Assembly (NCBI GenBank): GCA_965655095.1
Contig: OZ296654.1
Coordinates: 70,184,001 to 70,248,000, forward strand
Length of the DNA: 64,000 nucleotides
Origin: Haplodiscus bocki
Taxonomy: Eukaryota
Direction: 5' to 3'
The position numbers and the translations under genes are program-made. Below are positions 1-11,800 of this stretch, one piece after another. Each line of letters starts with the position of its first letter. Position 1 is the stretch's first letter. The notes beneath the pieces are model-generated. The model was not told the DNA's origin. It made no database searches and saw only the letters and a program-made list of their open reading frames with translations.

Positions 1-197
1 TTGAACTTCACAGAAATTCAAGTAGTTGTTGGTATTGAGCAAATGCACTTGGTTTCCTCTCAAATCCAATCCAGGCCCACATAGCACTGTGATCCATTGT
101 GTCATGTCCTGCCCTTCGGGAATCTCGACAACTCCACATCGCTGGCAGTTGGAGCCTTTGAAGCAGAAGTCAATTAATGTTCCCGCGATACGTTGAG
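1..197 (-). CDS. Exon: F-type lectin domain 2, C-half (runs off window edge)
   Basis: TTTTAG| acceptor at 198-9; QRIAGTLIDFCFKGSNCQRCG...WITVLCG...GNQVHLLNTNNYLNFCEVQ, paralogous to exon 5478-5672. Not in the ORF track. Confidence 0.88.
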
Positions 198-419
198 CTA
201 AAACATCAGTCGACAATATTACATTTCTATGACTTTCATATTTATAGAGAATACCACATTTGACTTTCTATGATTTCCATTTTTGTTCTATGCAGGTCAA
301 CCAGGCATCCAGTAATTGAATGGAAGCATTTAGGTCTTGAAAGACATCATCTATGAAATGATATTGACCTAAAACATATATCGCATGATAAATTTTGCTT
401 TGGCAGGTTTTATAATATA

Positions 420-498
420 CAAGGGGCGGACTATAGCTAAAATAAAAAAAACTCAAAATAATTACTAGTTTAGGAGCTACAACTAAAATCCGCCCCTG
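420..498. mobile_element. Tiny hAT-like MITE
   Basis: TIR AGGGGCGGA/TCCGCCCCT(G); flanks ATAATATA/ATAATGAA (6/8 TSD match). Confidence 0.5.
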
Positions 499-1112
499 AT
501 AATGAATTAGTGAATAAATTGTTCTTGCAATACATTGTCTCGTTCACAAATACCAATCGTAACTGGCCTAATTTTTGCAGATTAAATTTCCAAGCAGTTT
601 CAGAGCTTTTCTGCTGGAGTTTGACAGAGTTTTATGAAGTCCAGTTCAGCAATTTGAATTCATATTTTTTCTCCCTCTTATGAGTTCAAAAATAGTAAAT
701 TCCCTGAAATAGATAAAAAGACCAATCCTACAAAATTACAAATGATTACTAGCGCACTGAAAAACAAAAATGATTACTATATGATATTATGAAAAACAGG
801 AAAGAATTAAAATATGCCTCTGCGTTTTCCAGTGTTGGGAACAAAAGATGCTTCGCTCCACTTTCGCTGCGCTCGCCTACACAAGATGCACACTCGGAAA
901 AAAATTTAAGTTCCTTCACAGACTCGAACATGCAACCTTTGAGATGCCACCCACAAAAGTTGCATTTACACCTATGCTCATCTTCCTTCAGGGGTTTCAC
1001 GTATATTGTATCGTGCTATTGGCAAATTTGATGAGAAAAAAATCTGATTGTTGAATGATTTTCTTTCGGGCAGAAAACAACGAATGATTTGTGGGTACTG
1101 CGTTTTGGGCAG

Positions 1113-1404
1113 CCCGGGTCGAACTTTTTTTGGAAAACGCCGTTTTTTCCGGTACAGTGGCGTAAACGCCACTAACGCCGCTAACGCCGCTTGCTTACTA
1201 ACAAAACGCCGTTAACGCCTTTATACCGACAAGGACTGCCGTTAAAGGATTCAGCATTCCGGTTGAACGCCGTTAACGCTGTTATTTTCCGGTTAAAAGC
1301 CGTCAGCACCGCTATTTATCCGGTAAATAACTGCTTTTGTGGCTAATTTTGACCGCCGTTAACGCCCTTATACCGGAAAATTTCGGCCAATATTTGGACC
1401 CGGG
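1113..1404. mobile_element. MITE with CCCGGGTC termini and 2-bp TSD (AG), CMC/EnSpm-like
   Basis: AG|CCCGGGTCGAA...TTGGACCCGGG|AG; many internal AACGCCG(TT) subterminal repeats. Confidence 0.75.
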
Positions 1405-1415
1405 AGGATACTTAC

Positions 1416-1646
1416 ATAACTCAGAAGAATCTGCCCGATTGATTATTTTCAAGTATTTCAGCTCCGAAATGGGTACCGTAAAAGTTGCCCAGCTGTCAAC
1501 AGGAGTTGATGAGACATAGCAGTTGTCCATGTTGGTGGAGTTATAGTTACCATCAAAGGTGTCCTCAATGGATGATCCAGAATGACTAGGCAATGTATTT
1601 TGCGCAACTGCACTCAGTATTGGAAGTTGCTCTGAGTCTTCAGCCG
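1416..1646 (-). CDS. Exon: F-type lectin domain 2, N-half
   Basis: TTGCAG| acceptor and |GTAAGT donor, phase 1-1; ...SSIEDTFDGNYNSTNMDNCYVSSTPVDSWATF...LKIINRADSSEL, paralogous to exon 8619-8852. Confidence 0.88.
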
Positions 1647-1724
1647 CTGCAATTTCAAAGTGAACATTTTATCAGGCACATATTTTTGTGAACTCGAAAG
1701 TGATCGAAAGTTTGGATTGATTAA

Positions 1725-2399
1725 GACACCCTCATACAAACCTTGAGAGTTTCATCATTTCTGGCAAAACGGTATTTCCAAAAATATTTCAGGAACAAAA
1801 TTTTCATGAAATTTTACGATGCATATCAGGATGTCTTCATTTTTGAAATCTTTTTGTTACTGTGTAGTTTTTTCGCAACCTCCGTTTTTATCATTTTGGC
1901 CCAATTTTGAAATTAAACAGAGGAAAATTCATCATAATTAGACATATTGGGCAAAGAATATCTTAATTTCAAAGATTCATGTATTCTCAAGTTTTTTTCC
2001 ACTTTTCAAAAAAAATTGCGGAAATGCTTTGTTAATAAACGGTTTGCAAGAAACGCTGATCACTCCCGGCAAGAACAAACTTTCTACGCGAAAATTTGAT
2101 CCTTGTGATGTGATCGATTTTCATCTCATTTACGTCTCAATGAAGCATTCCAGAAAAGAATGCAAGTAGAGTTGAAGCTTTGAAATTAGGATATTCATTG
2201 CCCAATACGATTACTATTGAGATTTTCTCGGTCCAAGTTCAAAATTGAGCCAAAATGAGAAAACTCAGACCACAACAAAAACATTTGAAAATCATCCTGA
2301 TATTCGTCATGAAAAAACATGAAACCTTTGTCTTTACTTTTTTTCCGAATCGACTTTGACGGACATAAAGAAACTTTTATGGTTTTTTATGAATTTATC
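1725..2399. mobile_element. Foldback MITE with ~270-bp imperfect arms (possibly Kolobok-type, TTAA site)
   Basis: For example ATATTGGGCAAAGAATATCTTAATTTCAAAG (~1943) is inverted at ~2178; left flank TTAA, right flank TCGA. Confidence 0.6.
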
Positions 2400-5300
2400 T
2401 CGAGGCTTACTATTACTTCAATTATTGTCTCCGTAAAAACAGCGCAGACAGTACAAGAGCTGTTTTGCGTAATGAATAAGGAAATCTCAGGACGTTAACT
2501 CTTTTGTCTTGTTCGTTTAAGCTCCTTAGTCACCCGTACAAATGCTGTTTGAAGTCAAGTAGCAAGTACTTGCGAGCAAAAATAAAGGAGCAGAACTTAA
2601 ATAAACAAGTATTCAGTATACAAAGGAAAAGTAAAGCATTCAAGTGAAATGTAAGGAGACTGCACACAAGAAGGTACTAAGTCAGCTTAAGCGGTGGCTC
2701 TGAGCGGTGGAGGGAAAAATCCGGACTTGTGTCTGGTAATCAGCTGCCATTCGCTTGTAGAACGAAAAGAAGTCGTCACAAATCACTGGAACGAGCATTT
2801 ATAAATAAACGTTGAATTTGATTATTTTTTACAAGTTCGATTTTGTACTCCACTTCCAATCGCCGGACGATTCCAATGTTATCGTAAATTATGAGGGACA
2901 TCTCTCCGACAGAAAAAGCAACCATTATATTTTTCATTAAAATCATCAGAAACAAATATGTCGATTTTATTCCAAATTAAAATGAAGCAATAAAAACTCT
3001 CAAGAATTCTGAAATTAGTTCCGGAAAACAGAGTGAGATTTGGGAGTATACGTTCTGCATTTCCTTGATCAGACAGAAAATTTTGTTTTCGTTGTTTGCA
3101 CTTGTGCCAATTGTGTTTTTCTTTCCCTTTTTTCTTTTAATTTTCTCAAATCATGTCATATATGATCTTTTCTTATCTGTCTACAACTCCAATAAAATGC
3201 AGAAAGCAGTCACATCAGCTATTTTTCTTGAGATCCTCTATGATCAATCCAGGATAAAAAAACTCAAGATCAGGCGCCGGTATTAATATCGATATTATAT
3301 GTGGTTCAACTCGTTGGATGTTAGATTTCTGTCAACATCAGGGACATACAGAAAGCATTCAACTGAAAGTAGTCCTCTTTCTTCGAACGCCAATGTTTGC
3401 TGACGGAATTCTTAGTGGAGGATTTACAATCTTCACGCAGGAAAACTAACTCACCCCTTGATAAATCAAGAAGAATTACCACTAAATTTGATCATTTAAG
3501 AAAGTCTTACAGAAAATTACCAACACTTGCGTTAAATTGAGCACCATTATAAGTACCCCGGTAGTTAAAGATTTCAATTTAAGAGTTCAGTGTAAAATTT
3601 TATAAGACAACCCGCAGAAAATCAAGTCTGGATTTGTGAAAAAGGGTTAGTAAAGACCAACGAGATGAAATCACTCTGGATAACGATGATTTGGAATTAA
3701 CGGTTAGCATCGGTGAAGTTGGCAAACATTGTCTTGAGGAACTCCTCTTGATAAGTTAACTTGTGGGGGAAAAATTCCAAGTAAAATTGTTTTCGATTAA
3801 TCTAGTGGGTAGGAATTGGCACTAATACAGTTTTCAAGCGGGGTTTGTTTTAGGAGACTTTTGAGGAATTGAAATGGTTTTGCGACTAAGACGATTGTCA
3901 GTTGGGGTTTGCCATGGAAAAACTTTGAAAAATTGAGAAGGAGTTGAGAGTGAAACAAGTTTCGGGAATGTTTCAATTGAAAAAATTCAGGGAATACAAA
4001 AGGAGTCCGAGGGAAGAGAAGAAAAAAGTGGAAGTCGGAATTTAAAGAAAATATCCAAGTAATGTAACGAGGAAAGTCCGAAGAGCACTCCCGTCCGTTA
4101 GGCTGGAAAAGAAGTTATGATCAAGTTGGTTCTGCAAATCCAGTCGAAAATGAGAAAATGAGAAAATTCTGCAGTATCATGCAACCAAATGGAAATCGCG
4201 CGTGCCAGAAAAAAATTCCGCAACAGGAGCCAATGGTGGGTCGACACGTCGCACTTGAAATGAAATTATTGTTTTTCTCGTTTCATCGAAACACTAGCTA
4301 AGCATGTCAGCGACGTGGTCTAATAGGGAAGGGATCTGTTGTAGCTCGTGTTAGTTTCGTGTAAATTAAATTTTAGCAATCTGAACCATCAGATCTTTCG
4401 TCAGTTTTTAACTTTATTACCATATCGACGTTAATACAAAGTTTTTCAGAGGGCTAGTGTTAATGAACTACATACTGCAGTTATCCTTTAGCGTTACGTC
4501 TAACGCGGCAAACAGAATTTCTTTAAGGTGGAGATGGGGTACACCGGAAACATGGATGCCTTATACGTGCACAGGAATAACCCTTGATCACGATATCACT
4601 TATTACGGCATATACTTTGGGTCTACATAGTTAGCCTTGGTGCCGCAGCAAACTATCTATGGGCCTAAGGGGTGATACATCCCAGACTTGTGATACATGC
4701 AGAGGAATTATGCATTTTACAAGAAAAACCTCGGAGTAGTAACCCCAGGAGATGAAATGTAAGTAAAATAATATGTCATTTCTTGTGACTTTGCTCTCGA
4801 ACATGATAACGCAGTCCGAATGTCAAGTTTGAAGGTATTCTTTCGGAGGAATCGAATTTATGTCTGGAGTTGTTGAGAAAACGAAACATCAATTGACTTG
4901 ATGTAGTTTTGAACATCTTATACCACAATGGTTGGCCAGTTTTTTTTTGTCTCGAAACAAGCAAAAGCAATTTTTGCTGGAAAAACTGTAATCTTTATGT
5001 TGTGTACATGCTATAATTTAGTGAGCGGAATCAAAATCTCTCCACAAAAGATTGAATCTCGGAAATTTTGTAGTTTCAACTGCTCGTTTTTTTTCAACCT
5101 CTGGAAGGAGGAGTAATTTTGGGTTCGGCGGAAACAATTTTGAACAAAAAAAATCAATTTAAGAAAATCTACAATCGCCGAATTTTTTCTAAGAAAGTCA
5201 GGTAACAGCAGTTATTTTTCCACGAAACGTGGGTATCCGCCACTATTCTGCTACGAGTTACCAGGCACTTTCCTTTTTTTTCGGCAGCTGATCCTCCTTT

Positions 5301-5477
5301 ATCGCAGAAAAATTTTGGACAAAAGTCGCACTCGGAATATAGTGCCAACGTAAGCATTTTTGTTTTCTCACTTAACTTTACGAAGACAGTTTTTTGTGAT
5401 GAGCGTTTCGTTTATAATTTCCATTCTTCTGGATTTAGTATAAACTTGGTTAAAATTTTGATGAAAAGATAACTTAC

Positions 5478-5672
5478 GACATGCAAATATCTCAATTTCA
5501 CAAAACACCAGCCGATTGTCATTGCTCAGACGGATTTCGTTCCCAAGAATGCTTCCAGATGCGCAGGTCACGGTAATCCAGGCTTTAATGAGAGAAATCG
5601 GCACATGTCCACACAACTGACATAGTTCACCGTTAATGCAAACATCTATTTGAGTTCCAGAAAGTAACTGGG
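5478..5672 (-). CDS. Exon: F-type lectin domain 1, C-half
   Basis: AAG acceptor at 5673-4 (required by phase and by alignment with domain 2), |GTAAGT donor; QLLSGTQIDVCINGELCQLCG...ITVTC...GNEIRL...LVFCEIEIFAC with the typical LxFCEVEV end. Confidence 0.85.
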
Positions 5673-6001
5673 CTTGAAAAGGGTAGAAAAATAAACAACA
5701 GCCCCAATGCATTTTCAGGCGGTTAGTGAAAATACGAAATTTATGAAGAGTGCCGGGCTCTAACGTGAAGAGCCAATGAGGTCATTTAGTGCCCTTATTG
5801 ATGGTTAATAGATAAATTTGGTTGAATTTGTATGAGTCATAGCTAATATTCATCTTTCAATTATAATCAAGTCCTCAAAGCTTCAGATCAGCTGGTAACA
5901 CGTGTGTTATTCCGTTCCTCCTAAAACAATCTTCAGATCTTTCTGTAAATCGGAAAAGCGTTCTATTTTTGACCAATTTAATTTATTAAGAAATGAAAAT
6001 A

Positions 6002-7807
6002 GCCGGTTTGAAATCCCAGAGATAATCAGCGCTGAGCAGCGCTGTTTCAGAGATTTGACATTTTCCAGCAGTGATTCTGCCGCAGGCTGTCGCCTGCGAC
6101 GGCATAGTATATAGCATCGGTAACGGGGGTACAGCACAAGGAGGCTTGCTACCGTTATTCCGAGACTAAAATTTAGTCTAAACGCCACAATTTGTGACAT
6201 CAAGAGGACAATCCCAATTGACCGACGACAAAGACCATGACAATCAATTTTCCCTCGGCTCAATTGGGACAAAGGAAGGAAGAGAGAATCATAACAATCA
6301 AAACTTTCACAACGACCAGCTGATTATTACAAAAAAAGTTCTCTTACCGATCAGTCAATTTCGTTTCCTGTACTTTAAAACAATTGCAAAAAACTTATTC
6401 GATACAATCTTCCAAACTTCTATTTGTTCAAACACGATTTATATTTTGAAACTGTTGCATTCAGTTATAAACATTCTCATAATAGATCAATAATTGTTTG
6501 TTGCGCCTTGACATTTGTAACTTTGGTTAATTCAATCATTTGTGAAAATGATTTCCACGCGCAAGAAGAAGAACCAACAGAAAAATCAACTTAGTCAATT
6601 GAATGAGACTTTGAGTGATTTTATCATTGGAAACAACGCAAATATGGGTTTGTCAGAAAAATAGAACTGAGAACAACAAGCTAGTGGTGGGCATAGAGAT
6701 TTTGATAGGATCGATGAAAATGCAAGTCAAAATCAAGTCATAAGAAATAACACTGATGACAGAATCAGATATGCAGTCGACAGTACTGTTATAGCTGTTG
6801 AAAACCGCATGCATGACGCAATTTTGACGGCAATGAATGTTGTAGTTATTCCACAAGTTGAAATGGCTGTAAGATCGATTACAGGTTCATCAGGAAATGG
6901 ACCTAATATTGCAGTTCATAATCTTGATCGAAAAGATTTTACAGGGAACACCGAAAATACCCCGCTCAGGTTGATTTCCAGCCGGTTAGACTTAAATATT
7001 TATGAAGATTCAATAGATGAAATTCGTGACATTGATATTTCCGAGGACGGCAACTTCCTGGCAACAAAACTCCATTAGGACCGGAGAACGCACGCTCATT
7101 ACAGATTCAGAGACATAAAAAACATCAGCGCCAATCAGTGCTGTTTCAGAAAGAATCAGCTTTGAATCAGCGGTGATATTAACACAAGTAGATAAAAAAT
7201 TTCAAAATGTCATAACGTTGTCAGAAGTGATGAAAACGCATAGAATGGTCATTAAAAAGGCATTGATGGTATTTTTGAAAAGTAAAAATTGCCCCTATAT
7301 TCTGCAAAATGACAGCAATAGCTCAAATTTTTTGATAATTCCTGGAAACTCATCCAACTAAACGGAAAAGTACTTTTGAAAAATTGAAACAAATCACTTT
7401 TGTTACTTGAGCAATAACAGAAAACCCAATCTTTCGACTTTCTGTTCTATTATTGGCCCATAACAAGACAGAATACTCAAATTTTTATTGTTCACTTTTT
7501 TTCGCAAATTGGCCAAAAATCTGAGGTATTTCTGAAAACTTGGAAAAATTTGAAAGATAAGCAGTAATTTGTCATTTTCAATCCGTCAAAAATCAGCGCT
7601 GTTCATCTCTGTTCCATAGTAAATCGGAGCTGGAATAGCGCTGTTCAGTGCTGATTTTCAGCTCAAAAGAAGTCGGTTTTCAGCCGTTTTCAGAACTGAA
7701 TCAACGCTGTTCAGAGATTTTCAGGCAATGAACAGCGCTGAATTAGAATTGAAACTTTTTTGAATCAGAGCTGATCAGCTCTGACTGTGCCGAGACGTCA
7801 ACCCGGG
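6002..7807. mobile_element. CCCGGG-ended MITE with CAGCGCTG subterminal repeats, interrupted by the solo LTR
   Basis: Degenerate left end GCCGGTTTGA, right end TCAACCCGGG; CAGCGCTG/CAGCTCTG arrays on both sides of the LTR. Confidence 0.65.
6078..7103 (+). mobile_element. Solo LTR (Gypsy-like), 1026 bp, with 5-bp TSD GATTC
   Basis: GATTC|TG...CA|GATTC; carries a 185-codon gag-like frame from ATG 6548 (MISTRKKKNQQ...) to the LTR end with three in-frame stops; inserted in a MITE. Confidence 0.85.
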
Positions 7808-8618
7808 TGGTCATAAAAAATCAGGTTAATGTTTGGATTTGTGCTCTTTGTGTTCGTGGCCTATTGACTTATGCGCTGCCCTGAATATATTTTGTAAATT
7901 TCGCAACATATGAAAACGCTTTAGCAGAGGCAAATACTCAAATTCGCAGCCTTTGAGTTTCGCATACTCAAGAAACGTATTACACAAAATAAAAAAGGAT
8001 ATAATTGTTATGGAAACCTTGCGGCTAAGCCAATTTTGGATTTTTGGATTTCACACTTTGGTTGAAAAATTCCAAGTCGCACATATGGTGCTTTTTTGAC
8101 ATGCTGGGAATCCAAAAGAGAAACGCACAACTATAAAGGTGCAAATCATGTGCCTTCTTTTTGAGCAACGCCGATATAGCAAGCCAGAGAAAATCTCGTG
8201 AGAAAGAGATAAACACTCATTTTTCATTCCCTTTGTGTTATCCAAAGCATTGTTCAATGAGAAAATCATTTTTTAGCCTCAGAGTAGAACCTTACCGACC
8301 ATCAGGGTTTTGCAGACAATCATGTTAAGTCGCAGTTTTAGGTTTTTGGGAGCGAGTAGGATAGGCCTAATTGTTGTAAGATGCATCCAATACACGGAAA
8401 TTACTTCCCTTTCTCTCCAGAGCCCATCACAAATACCCAGACATCAAAATTACGATAGGGTCGGGATGTGCAGGAGTTTGCGTGGTCCGGTACCACTTGT
8501 CGTGCGGCTTTGTGTACATAGAGAAGTTTCCATAACAATATACAATTTATGAAATTATATGACCAATTCTCTGGACATTTATAACTCAGGGTAATGATTA
8601 TTTTTGGAACGAGCTTAC

Positions 8619-8852
8619 CTGCCGCAAGGGAGTCTTCTCTGTTGAGGATTTTGACCCAACTGACAACAGCAGGAACTATGTCGAAAATTGCCCAATTTCC
8701 AGAGGAAGTTTCTGACACGTAACAGTTGTTCATATCAGTAGAATCGTGATTGCTGTCAATAGCATTTTCTATTGAGCAATCCGGGTATGAACTTGTGTAT
8801 GCTCGTCCGGCCTCAGCACCCAGAAATCCAGATTTCACTGGCCCCTCATAAA
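8619..8852 (-). CDS. Exon: F-type lectin (fucolectin/F5-8C-like) domain 1, N-half
   Basis: TTTTCAG| acceptor and |GTAAGC donor, phase 1-1; ...NAIDSNHDSTDMNNCYVSETSSGNWAIFDI...VKILNRED, matching the F-type lectin AIDGN...C...W...INRxD pattern. Confidence 0.88.
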
Positions 8853-11800
8853 CTGAAAATGGTACAGAAACATTTGTGATTTGTTAACCATCGCGGGCTG
8901 AATAATTTTTTTGATGGGAAAAAGTATCAAATTTGATGTAGAATGCATATAAAAGGGTAAAATTTCAAAAAAAACGATGCTGATGAAAATCTGAACAAAC
9001 TGGAAATAGCAAAAGTACAAAATTTGTGAAAGAATGCATAAGAGTAACACTTCCTTTCTCTTAAAACGCACCTGCTGACAAAATTGGAGGGCGGAAAATA
9101 TGTCTCTGGCAACCGGCCGTCCTATTTTGAATCCAATAAAATGAAAAAAAAATCAAAAGTACAATCTCAACCCCATCTCTTCGACCAAGTGATTTTCCGC
9201 ACTGATACTGAATTATCAGTATAAATAATACAATAATCAATGACTGCATAAATTCTTTAATCTGATCTTTATAAGAGATTATCGTCAATTTTTCATTAAG
9301 CAGCACTCAAAAATTGACGATTTTCGATTTTTCGACTGTTTTTATTGACGCCAAAAACTAGAAATGTTCAGTCTCAAACTTTGGGAATGAATCTGTTCAC
9401 ATTGAAAAGTTTGGAGTTCGTGGCACACTAAAGTTTGGGAGCATTTTTTGATTGTTAAACCTTGTCAAGTTTGCATGGAAGTTTTAGATGTTTTTGTACG
9501 TTGCCTGAAAGTTTTTACAAGTTTTTACATCATGCCTAAAAAATTGCATATGTTGCAGGGAACTTCTGCAATATTTTTCTATGCAACATGGAAAATCTGA
9601 ATACAGCAAACATACTTCAGTTTTCATTAAAAAAATTCCATGCTGCATGTAAACGTTTCCAAGCATATTATCAAATATTACGTACCATCACAAAATCCTT
9701 ATCGCGATATTTCATCAATTCGCGGATTTTGAAATGCGCCCATTGAAAAGTTTCAAACGAGACATATGCTTTTCATCAGGCAAAATAAGAAATTTCAACA
9801 ATCACTCAGCTATTTTTTGACTAAAAAAACAATAAATTCAGAAAAAGAATGAATTAAAACGACTGGAGGGTATGAACTAGTATCACATTATTGAGACCGT
9901 AATGTTTTTCATAATTATAAACTTTCGTCAAAATCTGGTCGATCGTTTTTCCGTACGCCAAGTTGCTTGCGAAGAGTTCACATAAAACTAGTAACACTTT
10001 GTTAACGTGAATTGTTGGCTAAAAAAGAAAGCAAAAATCATTTTTGGTTAGTTTTGTCAGAACTCACCATGGAAATTAAATGAAAATTTTGAATGTTGCG
10101 TGAAAGTTTGCCATAAGTTTCCTCGTAGATGCCTGATTTTGCTACGTTTTTCTGAACACGTTCAGCTGAATGCATCCAGCCAGCATGTAAAAGTTGCATA
10201 CAATGTCTTGTTGCTAGTGAGAAAGATTATGTATGCATTTACTCTAATCAAGCCAAATGAAGTTTAATTTAGTTTCACGCCGTAATAGAAACGCCTTGAA
10301 CTCAAAAACTAAATATTTTCCAACTCTCGCGCTACGTATTACTAAGCAATTAAGACGCAGTAAAAATTTAGTAACAGTTTTATACTACGAAAACGGATTA
10401 CAGAGAAGCGAAAAAGTGCTTCGCAAAGTTGGTTGAACGAAATCCGCAAGTTTCTCGAAAAATTGCAACAGCACTAAGCACAAACACCGGGAAACTGCTA
10501 CTGGAAACAAAGTGAAAGTTTCCGAAAAGTATGGAAACAACTTCGAACCTCAGTGAAACTATTTGATAAACTCCGGATAGTCTAAATAATGATTCTGGAG
10601 ATTTTTTCACTGAATGGAGGTTTTTTTGACTAAGAAAAGGCTTAAGAACTTCCCAAAAGAAACAAACTTGTTACGTATGACAATTTCTTGTTCGGTTATC
10701 AAACCAAAAACAAGTAGCCAAAGCCAGCAACGAAACTTTCATGACTCATGCAATGGATTACTTTACTGCGATTAGGCTTGAGAAATTTGCTACAGTAGCA
10801 CTTCCGTTTGAGTCATCTGTGATGCAATTGTAGCCATAAGGTTGATTTCGGTAGCAAACAAACGAACATTGTACTTAGAGAAGCAAAATATTGCATTTAC
10901 TTGCTGACTCTGGGGCACAAAAAGTATCATTTGCATGAAAATTTTGGAAAACAGAGAATATTCAAAAACAATAGTTTTTTGTGTTGGCTGTTTCCATAGA
11001 ACCAAGATGGTTGGGAAAGTAAACGATCAATGTTATTTCAAAATGGTACCATTAACCATTTTTGTGCATAAAAAAGGCTAAGCACGCCCATTTTTAAAAA
11101 AGTCTTTTTAGTGTTTTTTAAACATTGGAGCGTTGACATATATGTCCTCACATACTGGCTTCCAATGAATTTGTAGCTGAAATGGAAAGAAAGAAGCCAA
11201 CCGAGTGAATGTTCCGCAAAAGTCAAAAAAAGCCGTTATTTGTCCACTTTGAACAACCAAGAAACTTCCCTGAGGATAAACTATGAAAACTTTTGCAAAA
11301 AATAGCTAAAGTTATGCTTCTGTGTTTTACACTTGTAGTCTAAGGGCAACATGGTTTATGATTAAGGTCAACAAGTCCAAAAAATTATTGACCGAAACGG
11401 TAAACTAGCTGTTCTGAAATTCGTTATAGCATCAAAAACGCAAGATGAGCCGAAAAAACCTCCCTAAATACTCCAAAATCCGATAACTTTTTTAATTATT
11501 TGTTTAGATTCAAATCAAATTTCCAAACCTTCTGAAAAATTTGGAAGTTATCTAGTTTTCGGCGAACCTTAAAAAACGAAAAAGACCATTTCCTGAAAAG
11601 CATTATCAAAGGTTGGTGCAATTCCTCATAAATCAAAGTGTGTTCGGACTTAGAGGAAAGGGCATGCGTTCTTGAAAAGAATAACCGAAAGCAGAAAGAG
11701 CGAAAGTTACGAAAATTACAGCTAGAACAAGCTTTTCTTCACATTAAATTCAAACGAAAATTTTTTTCCACAAAAAAATTTTCAGTATTATTTGTTTTTT

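Noticed and set aside
1130-1380. Regularly recurring AACGCCG motifs as a CRISPR-like array
   Set aside because: The units are 7-9 bp with irregular spacing inside a TIR-bounded MITE; no repeat-spacer structure or cas genes.
2461-2780. TG...CA segment with AATAAA, possible solo LTR
   Set aside because: No TSD and no second copy in the window.
4069-4080. GAGGAAAGTCCG, identical to the bacterial RNase P RNA conserved region I
   Set aside because: No matching 3' P4 strand or P1-P3 helices downstream; AT-rich eukaryotic repeat context.
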